Origin: Massalongia carnosa
Lineage: Eukaryota
Assembly (NCBI GenBank): GCA_965645245.1
Contig: OZ287077.1
Span: 496,001-560,000 of the forward strand
Direction: 5' to 3'
DNA length: 64,000 nucleotides
The position numbers and the translations under genes were made by a program. Shown here one piece after another: positions 46,728-58,542 of the stretch (positions are counted from its first letter, which is position 1; every line of letters starts with the position of its first letter). Under the pieces are notes generated by a model. The model had not been told where the DNA came from, did no database searches, and saw only the letters and a program-made list of their open reading frames with translations.

Positions 46728-48116
46728 GGTGGGGAAATGGTCCCTTGTTGTATTTCTGGGTGGGCATCTAAGTCATGATAGTCACGCTGAGATTTATTAT
46801 AACACAAAATCACTTACAACAACGATAAACCCCCAACCCAATTTATTCAACCATTCATCCATCCATCCATCCATACTTCAAACCTTAACCCCCCTCCGCT
46901 TCCCCCTAAACCAACTAACCCCAAGTCCACCCCCCCCCCCCCCAAAAAAAAATACTCCCTCCCTTTTGTCTCCCCTTCTCCCCCTCCCTTATTTCCGATC
47001 AAGCAAGTACCTAAGTACCTAAGTATTAAAAATTCCATCCCTTAAACACACTCAACCCTCAACCCCATGTTTTTTCCTCACAAGGGAGGGGGGGGGGGGC
47101 AATACCCCTCTACTGCGAAAGACTTGTTAGATATGTGGGTGCGCTGTGTCACTTGAGAAAACCCTCGACGCAGGGTTTTTTTTGGATGGGGGGGGGGAAT
47201 GGAAAAGTAAATCTATCTGGGTATCCTATATCTCGGACTATCTTTAAAAAGTACGAGTACATACGCTACCCTTTCGCTCGTAAAAGTACTAGCGATATAC
47301 CATCTTCCTCCTCCTCCCGCGGACGCCAACGAAAGAACAGTGTGGTGTGCTCCAGAGAGCCTCGATGTCTCAAACTCATCATTAGCTAGCTAGCTAGCTC
47401 GGTTTCTGCGTAATAGGGGACCCCGGGTTTGCGAGATTCGTTCGTTCGTTCGTATGGGGTAGAGATCGGATCGCTAAACTGGGGAGCCCAAGCTGGTGGA
47501 TTGGTTTAGTTGTGGAGCTGTTGCTGTCGTTACGGAGGCCTAGTCGCTGAGAGAGAGAAAAGTGGTTGTTGGGCTTTAGACTCGGCTCGTGGGGAGCGGT
47601 TCTGGTGTCTGGAATGTTTTTCTTTTCTTTTTCTTTTTTCAGTCCCGCAGATGGCGTTTTTGGTGATGCGTTTGAGCCCTCAATATCTACTTTCGGGTTC
47701 GGTAACCCGCCCGTTGGTGCTGCGGTGTTTCTTCTTCTTCTTCTTTTTCTTTCAAGGGCTCAATCCAAAGATCTAAGACGAGGCTTTCAAGGAGTTATCA
47801 GCCGTTGATGGAGGAATCATCTGGCTGGAAGTTTCTCATGTTTCACGGGATTTTTTAATGCTCCAGTAAAATCCTCTGCGCCGTCTACATCTTCAGTTCA
47901 ATAATTGAAACAAACTTCCCTTCTACTACAAAACCTCTCCATTTCCATTTTCACCATCTCGTCTTGCTGAGCGGCCTGTCAACCAGACACTATGATTCGC
48001 AGTGCTGGATGCTCCCTCCGCCAGCTTTCATTCCAGAAAGCCTCTCCTTCCCTAAATCTCACAAATGCCCCTTTCTATTCCGTTGTCATCTAGAATTATA
48101 AATGCAATGGTACTGG

Positions 48117-49419
48117 TCATGTTCTTGCTCTCCGCTCTTCTGACTGCATGTCCTTCATAGAATACTTACGCTCCGTCGTGATGGGTACGTACGTCTGATA
48201 GTATGGCCGAAAGTTTTTCAGATGAATTGAGTCTTCTGGAGGGATTAGTCGAGTGTTGTCGTCCTGAATGAATCTCCATGATTTGAGGGAAGGTTTTTTA
48301 CCCAGACGAAATCGGAATAGCGGACGCAGGATAGGGAGACAAGCGCAAATGACAGCGACGGCTGGCTCGGTAGTGCTCCAGATTATACCTGCGACTCCGT
48401 CTCCTATGTTCAACGATAAGCCCAGGGGGTTAATTGTTGCAAGGAAGTGGTAAAGGCATGCTTACGAGTGAAGTCCTTAATCCTCGAAATGCTGACGACT
48501 CGAGCAACGCTGACGACGATACTACTGTGGGTTTTGTCAATCATACTGAAGTGAAGGATCGAGCTTGCAGGTGAACGAACATTGATCCAAGCCCGAAAAT
48601 CCCGCAGACGGCAATCTTCTGCTTTCGAGATATCTGGAGCGCCCACACCATAGGGATTGCTAATACAAGGATGGTGAGATCGATAAGGGCGTTCAAAGAG
48701 CCATGCACCGTTGCTCCTACTTTGTTAAGGGGACACGAGTTTCGCTCGTGCCATAACGTGCTGAGTGGTTGCGGGCGGCATTGCAGGAAGAACGGGATGT
48801 AAGAACCAGCCGAGTACGCTACTATAAAGCCAACGTTGGTCCACCAGCCAATCCGAAACCACCGGGTTCTTAGGGAGAATACCCGCCGGTAGAGCATTAG
48901 AATAGCGCCTTTTGCAATGGGAGTAAGCGTAGAGTAGGTGAGTTGACTCGCAAGTTTCAACTTCATGGGGTCAGCACCTCTTCTTTGAAAAATACATATT
49001 GACTACCTGAAACGAACCTTTCCAAGCGCGGCAATCTGCTCCTGTGTAAGTGACTCAGAATTCTTGCCGATGCCGTAGTGAGCGACTGTGCTTTATGTTG
49101 GTATGTCATTCATCACTCCAGAGATTGTTTTAAAGAATGAGCATACGAAGACATTGTTCGACTGCAAGGCCGAGAAATAGAAACTAGAAAGGAACACATT
49201 AGTTAGTAGAATTTCAGGATACTCGATCTGCATGGGAGATCCCCTGACAAGCGCAACAAGAACCAGATAATCGTCTGCCTCGAGATTGATATCCGTTATT
49301 CGTCTGGCTACAAAACGCCCGACCACTGCTGCGACGCATAGAACTATCATCATACAAGTAACGCCAATAAGTACATTCCCCAGTTGATCTACTGCTTCTT
49401 GCGGAGGCGGGATAGACAT
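48117..49419 (-). CDS. Second PTH11-like (fungal rhodopsin-domain) integral membrane protein, multi-exon
   Basis: AVVGRFVARR...EADDYLVLVAL, HYGIGK, AKGAILMLYRRVF, FLQCRP, NALIDLTILVLAIPMVWALQISRKQK, VSVARV and WSTTEPAVAVICACLPILRPL, across introns. Confidence 0.9.
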
Positions 49420-52400
49420 TGTAATGCTTGGGGGGGTCCGGGATCACGGTTAATAGAATGGCAAAGAACGAAGAGGCCATTGTGAGGCTTTGTATGAAAA
49501 CAGACAGGGTAACGGGTTCTGCTAGAAAGCAATGAGAGCGAGGCGTTTGGAAACGAATGCACTCGGTCAAATACGTCTCCAGATGACCATACAGACGATG
49601 CAAAGGAAATGAAAAAAGGTACCAAAAGAGAAGGCTGGCAGCCCAAGAGAACGAGCTGGAACGGCCCTTTTGCGGTGGCACGGCGATTTCCCCTCTTCTG
49701 CAAGTGAGAGGTACAGCACCGAGATAGCTGTTTGTAGCATTCATCAAAGCTTAACTATGCCTGCTAGCTGATACACTGATATCCAACACCCTTTGCCATG
49801 TGGGCTGTGCAAATTCAATGGTCGCTTGTGAATGTAGGGAGTACTATATTTCGGAATAAGAATTTACTTAAGCTAGACTGTGCATGCCTACCCGCATGTT
49901 GCCTCAGTACCTCAGACGTGCGTGGGCTCTAGGAGCCGTCTAAGCCCCTCCGGGTTAGCCTATTTCGCTAAGCTCCTTCGGATTAGCGTCCCAGCTGACT
50001 AACGTGGCTGCGATAGCACAAGAGGAGTGCATGTTAAACTCTTCCCACTCGCAACTGCCTCGTATAAAATAGCTTTACCCACCACTCCCCTCCTCTACTC
50101 TCTCAACTCCTCTGCGAGATACAAAAACACTACCCAATCCGGTTAATTGAAATCGTAGTGGTCTTTCTATCTCTTACCGCTTTGCTGGAACACCCCCATT
50201 CCATTCTTCCGCAACCCTCGGAGACTCGGAGACGTTTGCTCCATTTTCATCTTTGTTTTCCGCCCCCCATCACTAGCATAGGAGTTTCATCAGTCAATTT
50301 TCTAAAATCTGTCAAATATTCGTATTTGAAAACTCTTAACTAAAGGTTGGTGTCAATTCACACATGGAGAATGATAACTATGCTAGGAAACGTCGTCTGG
50401 GGATAACTACTCGTAAGGGTAACGCACACGACATGGGAAGGGGAGTTGTAGATGGAGATGAAGAGATTTGGAGGATGGGGGCAAGATCATAAAGGATCGG
50501 TGCTGTCCAGCGCAGGACTGTAGCATCAGCAAGTACATGAGACAAAATTCTAGGAATGATCTACACTACAGCCTTGTCCTGTTCTCCGCTTTACAGTTCA
50601 TCAGGATGAGAAATAATACTGCCAGCTTCAAATTCAATCTCCAGAGTCAAGATAAGTTATCTAGAGATCCCCAGAACTCATATCTCCTTTAGCGGTTTCA
50701 TCAATAGTACGGGATCTCAATCAAGGCACTGATATGATAGAAAAGATAAACGGGGAAAAACAACTTCTACCTGGCGTCGCCCTCATTCAAGTCTGGAAAT
50801 TGCGCATGTTCTCATGATTTCTGATCATGGGCGTTGGAATCTTAGAAGACTCGTTATCAAGATGATAGATGAAGACCCAAAAGACTGATACAAGAGATAA
50901 TTCACATGCTAAAACAATTGGTTCCGGTAGTCAAGTTCTCTGTACATTTGCTATTTGCTTAGATATCTATGCACTTCAAGATATCAAATAAGCACCACTG
51001 ACATTTAAGATTGACTTCTGGGATAAATTGACTCGTTGCTTCAAACCACCATATTTCTTCCAAATTTCTATATCATATAAGACCACTGCTACACAGCTTG
51101 GGCCGAAGAGATTTGTCATAGACAGTCGGCGATCTTGCTACAGACAATGAAATACTATGTCGATGAGTGATCGTAAACCCGGTCGAATCAGACGTTTCAC
51201 CGTGTCTCCTCAACCAAGAGCTATGAAGCGCAGTCTTCATGATTGGCGCGGAAGGAAATTTTGTTAAAAGATTTGGGGTGCTGTCGAAATGACACCCTTT
51301 CCCTTTTGCTATTTCCTCAATTAGGTATTTGTACTTAATGATACGGTGAGCTGAGTTAGCAGTGATTTTTCATCAACTGTTCCATTTAAATTTCCGCCCC
51401 AAGGGTGGAGTTTTATCAAAGCTAACTCGAACCGGCCGTGGGAATTGGAGCTGGAATGTGCTAGGTAAGAAGTTGAGAGATAGATGAAAGGGGTTCTTTA
51501 TTTTACTTTTTTTTAACCTCCATTAATATTTATGTATCAGTAGAAAACGGAATGCAGAAAAACTTGCTTACAAAAAGGCATTATAGTATTCTCCGTCTTC
51601 ATCGAATAGATTAATGAACTTAGAATCATTTTTAGAGCTCACGCCGAATATGTCAGTGGTTTTGGTACGGGGAAAAATCGCTGTGGGCGGTTTATTTTTA
51701 ATGATCTTCACTCTCAAGACAATAAGAGCGGAGGTTCTAAGTGCTTTACCGAACCCTATGTATTAGTCAAGTAAGTTTAGTTAGGTAATGAGCCATCTAC
51801 CTCAACAAGAACGATCAGCTTGCGATCAATGAGTAAGTTAGTTAACAGGGAAAGGTTGGCTAAGAACGCCATGGGCGAGAATTAGTCAACCCTCGGCCCC
51901 ACCCACAGAGTAAAAACACAAACCTGGTGCAGGTTCACCCACTCGGAAGTTCAGCTTGATACTTGAAATGTAGAATGAGTTGATACATGGAGTGCCAGAT
52001 GCCACTTTACTTCCATACTAAAATTCTCAGCATTTTCCAAGGGGGGAAACTTGGTTTGATGATGATTATGAGCACAAGTCTTCGAGATCGGTTTGAGGCG
52101 GTGGATTGCTATGACCATGGTGGATGCGGTCTGAACCCGTAAGCTGGTCTGTTTTAAAGAGGTTTACGGGCGATGAAGAATGCTGACGAACTTACCAAAA
52201 TTCTAGTTAGTGGATCGTGAAATCTTCGGGATTGAAAACAGAAAATTGAAATATCGTAGCGATGGGTGTGGATTTCCAGAGGATAGCTCAACAAATAGAC
52301 TCACTCACCAACCCGGTTGTCCCAATAGGCCATCCGTTTCTTTTTCTTTATCATCTCGTCAAACCCCAATTCCCGCTAGAAATCTTGATATTTCACAGAT

Positions 52401-53811
52401 ATGGTGTATGACGGCTAATGGTCTCCACGATCATCCGCGGGCTTGTATTTTTGGCGTGTATCAACATGCGAAGCTCTAGGCAACTTAGTTTTAGGAATAT
52501 GCAGCCGGCTAAGAAGTAACAATGGTTCAGTTTCATCAGAGCAAAACACCCGTGAAGCTTGCAACCTTTTCATTCGTGTATAGTGTTCTCCAAGAGCTAT
52601 CAAGGTCTGGACGACAGCTTGCTTATGACACCAAGCCTAAAAACTTTCAGTTGATTGATTATTTCATACCCTAACTGGCCCGAAGGCCCAGCAGGATTTT
52701 CTACTAAAGGATGCCCATTCCTAATATGAATTAGAGCCAATGAAAATCCGACGAGCCTGAAGAGTACGATAGAGTGAAGGGAAATTTAAATAGAACAAAC
52801 GCCCTCCAAATTCAAGGCAATCGCTTCAAAAGAGAATTCGACTTCCTCTTCATCGCGTGAGTCGGGTAGGTTATGCTCATGCAATGCTTGCTGTCTTGTT
52901 ACGTTACTCTATACGGAGTACTCGTGTTCACCCCCTTTTGCACCAGTGCTAAATCTAGAAGACCAGAAAAAGAAATCAAACCTTTGTATGGTTGTTTCAA
53001 TTTTTCATTATCATCTGTTCCTATAATTGTAAACTCAGATACATATTCTCTTGAAAATGAAAAGGTTCTTTATCATAATTACTGTTGCAGCAGATTTTTA
53101 ATTTCGTAATTCGTAATTCAAGAAACTAAGTTAGCGCCAACGTTTAGCGCTTGTCAGACGATGGTTTCTTTTTAGCTATTTTGAATTATAATTATCTTCA
53201 AACTTCTTTTCTAATTCACGCAGTATGTTTCCCACTCGCTATTGTTTTGAAATTTCAGCTTCTGAGCTTTCTTACGGACGACGGAAGTTATGATGATGAT
53301 ACCTACCATAGTGACCTACGTTCTATTCCTTCGCCGATCCTTGTTAAACACTGAATCTCAAGATTAGTAATGGACGTTTTAGGGGGATTTTCATTTGTGC
53401 TTATCTACCAACAATATTATATGATTACACTTCCAATGTTGACATTCTTTCAATTATTCCAATCTCGAATCATGACTATGGGCGGGCAATTCTGTGGATC
53501 CACAAACTTCTCTTTTCCTGAAGATGGTTTTAATAGTGGTGTACCCATACCTTCTTAAGCATACAAAAGCGAGGTTATGTCTCGGGGCTATTTCACCTAT
53601 TATTCTTCGAATATCTAATCTGGAGGTGGGGTGTGATTATTTTTTGGTTACATGCTAGAATGCCGAGAGAGGATAGCATTTCCATATCTAACGCAGCAGG
53701 TTCTCGGTAGAACAAACATCGCTGTCGGTTCAATATACTTGATCATAGCTTGTATGGGTCTTCACCTGCAATTAAATGCCACTAATCCCAAATCTTCTCA
53801 TTTGCGAGACC

Positions 53812-54422
53812 TTACAGGCGGTCCATTAACTCGCCCTTTTGCCAGGCGAGAGCCTTGTTCTCCTGTGTCCACAACCTCTCCTCAGCACTTTTGTGTGGCG
53901 GAGGCACGATACCCTGGATCTTCCACAGATCCCGCGGCGTTTCTGCAACATGGTACTCCCAGTTAAGGTCTTTTCTCGCTGCGATGTGAGGAGCTAGGAT
54001 CTAGATTGAACACATTGTCGAATTAACTTATAGAAAGATATGTTTTTGATTACCAAATTTATGCAAAAAGGCAGAAAATATCTCAAGATTACTCCGAGGC
54101 TTTAAAATAGAAAGAGTATAACTCAGTCGAAAGAGAAACCCACCTTATCGATCCCCAGGCACATCTTGGCCCTCAAGCCTTCCGCATCATCTTCTTGCCT
54201 GGGCTGATGCTTGGCCAAATGCTCGATCACAATTCGTACCATATTTGACACCTGTTCGTAGCCAATGTAGAAGGATTCCGCTTCGACGGGTACAAAAACG
54301 ACATTGACGAAGAATGCAGGCAGGCCGCGGCTTGTGTAAAACCGTGTGATGGAATCCACAAATGCTTGCTTTTGAGCTGTGTTGAAGGTTGAAGGGTGCG
54401 AGAATATCCGCCAGAGAGGCAT
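53812..54422 (-). CDS. Pro1 tautomerase-superfamily protein (cis-CaaD/oxalocrotonate tautomerase-like)
   Basis: Exon 1 at 54422-54144 (MPLWRIFSHP...GLPAFFVNVVF...RIVIEHLA), GT-AG intron, exon 2 at 54000-53812 (WEYHVAETPRDLWKIQGIVPP...EERLW). 155 aa; N-terminal Pro after Met removal. Confidence 0.88.
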
Positions 54423-54978
54423 TGTTGCAGAACGAATCCCGATAAAATAATTCAAGACAGAAAAGGCGAAGGGAAAGGCTAGAATGGCCGCAGTCTTGTT
54501 TTGAAGCTTTGCTGAAGGATTCTTTCGCCAAAATGGGCAAAGGGTTTCTGGTCTGAGATGAATCATAGAAAAAGAGGTTGAGGGTAGCTATATAAGATGC
54601 AGCGCTGGAGCAAGTTTTTACCCAAAGCTTATCACTCATCCTTAAGGAAAGGGGCTTTCCGAAGCTCGGAGGTCCCATCGATAGCATGTTACCCTGCGGA
54701 CCATGTATTTAACTAGGTTGCTTCGTTCAATCTCATTGGGCATTCGGCGACAGAAGGGAGGCGGGGGTTCAGTAATCTTTATTCATGGGAAATATCGCCA
54801 CCTTAAGTCAAAATTTCACGTGATTGTTGGTGAGAAAGGTTGGTTCGCTTGATAACATTTGCATTTGTTTTGACATCACATTTAATGATTAGTCGATGGA
54901 TACGAATCATGTTTCCAAATCATATTTTCGATGGAAGATTTGCCTAGGTGTGGGAAAACTCACCAAAATGCATTCCAT

Positions 54979-55102
54979 TAGCAAAGACCATCATAACCTT
55001 TATGTATACCTTAGGCTAGCAAAGGCCATCATAACCTTTATGTATACCTTAGGCTAGCAAAGGCCATCATAACCTTTATGTATACCTTAGGCTAGCAAAG
55101 GC
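54979..55102. repeat. Perfect 38-bp tandem repeat x3
   Basis: CCATCATAACCTTTATGTATACCTTAGGCTAGCAAAGG at 54988, 55026 and 55064, preceded by a partial TAGCAAAG. Confidence 0.95.
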
Positions 55103-55493
55103 GGCCCCCACCCTGGCCGTTCATTTATGACTATGCACAATCATCATAACTCAAACCTTCCTCGAAATATTGTAAGCCAATCTAACTATGACTGTGTTGG
55201 AAGTTCGTTGATATCGTTAATGGATTTTTTCATTAAAATATGGATACCTGCTCCATATAAAGTATAGAATATAGTGTTGAGAGGGAAATTCCAAGGTGTA
55301 TAGTTAATAGGGTATCTGCAGGACGTCGACCCGCAATTGGCTCGCATGATGTGCGCCAGACCGCAATACGGAGGAACATACAAAGTACTCTGCACTCTGT
55401 AGCTTGAGGTACGTCATTACAGGAACTCGCGGCTGAAAGGGTTTAGTGGTTGATGCCTTCACCATGAATTGAACGTTCGAGTCATGCGCAGCT

Positions 55494-58400
55494 ATGACGC
55501 CCGCATTTGGCTTCTCTGTTGGAGACTTTATGAGCGCAATCAGTGAGAACACCACCACGGGGAAGACAAGGCTAATCATCTGAGCAAAGCTGATGTAGAT
55601 TCTATCTTAGACTTGATCAAGAAAGTAAGCAAAGCTTTAAAACAGAGCGGCGGTGCGGTGACGGAATATCAGCATGTTGTCATTGAGCTTAGAGCCTTGA
55701 AGAATGTTCTTCGACATCTCGAGGCCTTGGAGCCCACCGAGGATAACCTTACTCATGTGAATGCCATTCGAGGCATGGCACTTGCGTGCCAGCTACCGCT
55801 GCGAGAGTTCTTGATCAAGCTGGAGAAATACGAGTCAGCGTTAGGGCCTCTGAACGGTCCTTGGTCATTTCGGGGTGTGGGAAGTAAAACAAAGTGGGCA
55901 ATTGCATTGAGTGAAGATGTCGAAAAGCTGCGGGCATTGATTGGGGCGAAGGTGATTAGTATCAATCTTCTACTTGCTACACACGCCTCGTGAGTGAGAG
56001 CCGGCTCGATGCTTTGCCATTGACCGAACGTTAAATTTAATCTCCAGTCAAGCGCTTTCCAGTATCGAATCGAGAGCAAGACAAGAGCATGCAACTCTGA
56101 TGACAAAAATAGTCGAACATCGAGCTGGGTTGGACCAACTCGGAGGTAGGATCCAGCAAGTCGAGAATAGGGCGAGTGAAGCAGAGTCGGCTTCGATTAG
56201 CAGGCTTGATAGCCTTTCCCTCAAGGCGGATCGAATACAGTCTTCGCTTTTTAATTTACGGAGCTTCGGAGAACAAGTCTTGCAAGTCTTTGCAAAGTTT
56301 CCGAATGACGTCCAAGGTTTATTACAGAAGATTATGTGTACAAACATGCAAATATATCACCTCCTGGTTCAGGTACAGCACAGTATTTCTACCTCGCCTT
56401 CCGTATCGCTTGAGTTGAATATCAGGTTTGAAGATGCGTTAGGTAGGGTCAAAATACTACCCTACGATTATTTTCGTTACTGGGAGGTGCGCAATTCTCT
56501 TTTCTGTGCCCAATAATACTACAGCCTTTGGAATAACTGGTGTCAGCCTTTTGAAGGATTCCTACGAGCAGATTTTAGAGATTTTCCTGGCGAAAATAAG
56601 ATCGCTGAAGGCCATTATCATATCCTTGATGCTAAGAGGTGTGGGACAGTTGTCAAGAAGCAGGATTGGACTAGATCTATCTTCCCAGGAGCATCATTGT
56701 TCATGTCAATGATATTATCTCACCTGCAAGCACAGGCTGGGACTTGTCCACGGCCTAGCTGTATAGGGAAGAACTTTAATGTTGATGATCAGTCAAACTC
56801 ACTAACCTGGTATGCTTTTTTCCGTTGCTGATCACTCAATTTAGTCTAACAGCCCGAAGTTCAAAGTGCGGCTTGAAGTGTTTTACGAGATTTTCTGATT
56901 TAGAAGCTAGCTTTGACCGTGTCACCGTTATTGAGGAGGAAGAGCAGGTTGCACAAATGCAAGTAGAGGAAGATCTACAACTATATGGAAGAAGACTAAA
57001 GCCGCTGGATACGCAAGAGGCTTACGACGTCGTACAGCTGAATGGGTCGCAAAGCCGGAAGAGAAACGTCGCTGAATCTAGAGTAGACAGTTTTGAACGC
57101 CCCAGAAAGATCCGTAAAGAAGACTTAGAACGCTATGAAGATTCTAGGGGCGGAACTCAAACGGGAAATATTACGGCCATCGACTGGAATAGTGGTGCTT
57201 CGCCTCTCGATGCGTGGCTAAATCAAAGTGCTTTGCCTTCAGCAGCCCCATCGCCTGATTTATATCTCCAACATAACGAATCCCCTAGTAAAGATGTGAG
57301 TATGCAAGAGACCAAAGATGTTGCGTTCTTCCGGAACGTCCATATATCGGCAGTCTCAGCCCCAAAATCGCACGGGGCGGAACTTAAGAACCTAGAGGAA
57401 AGTAAGGACTTAACGATTGATGCGCAATTCTATTATAGAAAAATCAAGGATAGATATCCTTTGCTGCCGATTTACCTTGCTCGTCGTTTGGCAATAGCAA
57501 ACCATAACCGTGCTAAAAGGCTTCGAAGTCATTGGGAAGAGCGATACAAGATAGGCTCGCCAGCTTACCGCTTCATGAGGAATTATAGCTTTACTTCCCC
57601 TAACTCGGAGACTGTTTCTTCAATGCGGATTCAGCAGGAAGCAGAACTGCAACTCATGCCCCCTCCTAACACTCACTCCCAATCAGACTTTTGGACAGGC
57701 GGAAGCCAGAGCTATCGTCCTCCATCAACACGGTCTCGCTCATCTAGCATGAATAGTTCGTTACATGGCTCGTCACAATTTGACCCTGGAGAACAAAACC
57801 CGGAATTTTTCTGCAAGGTTGTCGGGTCTTCATCCGTGAGTATCAGTAATGTGCACACTGGCCTACCAGCACCTCCAGTGAAGCTAGGAAAACAACTTAC
57901 ATTTGAATGTGATATTTGTGGAAACATGGTCAAAGTAAAAAAACGACGCGAGTGGCAGTAAGTAATCCTCTCGAAATTATTTACCCGGCTCATTTTAATA
58001 GACGACATGTCTTGGGGGATCTGCAACCTTATGTTTGTACCTCTCACGACTGCGACCAGGCAGAAATGACCTATAGTACCTCCAAGGCGTATGTAAACCA
58101 TCTGAGGGCCAAGCACCGGGTCTCCCAAAAGGGAGAGAGTTTTAAGCGACTAGTACGACCTGTAGATTGTCTGTTCTGTGGAGAACGGCTTGAACTCAGC
58201 AAAAAAGATGCGACCCATCTACATGTTAGGCGCCATATGGAAGAGATAGCCTTCACCGTCGTTACAAAACCATACGAGGACTGGGAATTTTACTCTAATT
58301 CATCAGCCTCCTCTGATGTACCTAGTCGATGGTGCGGCTACCCCGGATGCGGGGAGTATTTTGCACATCAAGACGAAATGAAAAATCATCAAATGGAAGT

Positions 58401-58542
58401 TCATGAGCTAGTGGTATTGGTTGGGTTCTCGAGAAATTATCGACTTAAGTGCAAGGCCATACACGGAACAGAGGGGAAACCATGCGACTTTGAATTCGGT
58501 TCACTCGACACTTTTTCTTTTCACAAAAGATTGAAAGCGTAA
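55494..58542 (+). CDS. HeLo-like (fungal STAND N-terminal type) domain plus fungal ubiquitin-like domain plus C2H2 zinc fingers, multi-exon
   Basis: Exon 1 at 55494-55542 (MTPAFGFSVGDFMSAI) splices in phase to 55611 (LIKKVSKALKQSGGAVTEYQ...KTKWA...VEKLRALI). Then IRFEDALGRVKILP...WE|PFEGFL...FPG...W..SIFPGASLFMSM, and FECDICG, HVLGDLQPYVCT..DC, CLFCGE...HVRRHMEEIA, CGYPGC...HQMEVH. Some junctions and the 3' end are uncertain. Confidence 0.75.

Noticed and set aside
54979..55102. CRISPR-like array
   Set aside because: The units are contiguous with no spacers, and the context is eukaryotic.
57140..57200. GGTQTGN as a PP/RHIM-like amyloid motif in the HeLo-like protein
   Set aside because: Only a GxQxG core, without the flanking N/hydrophobic pattern, and internal rather than terminal.
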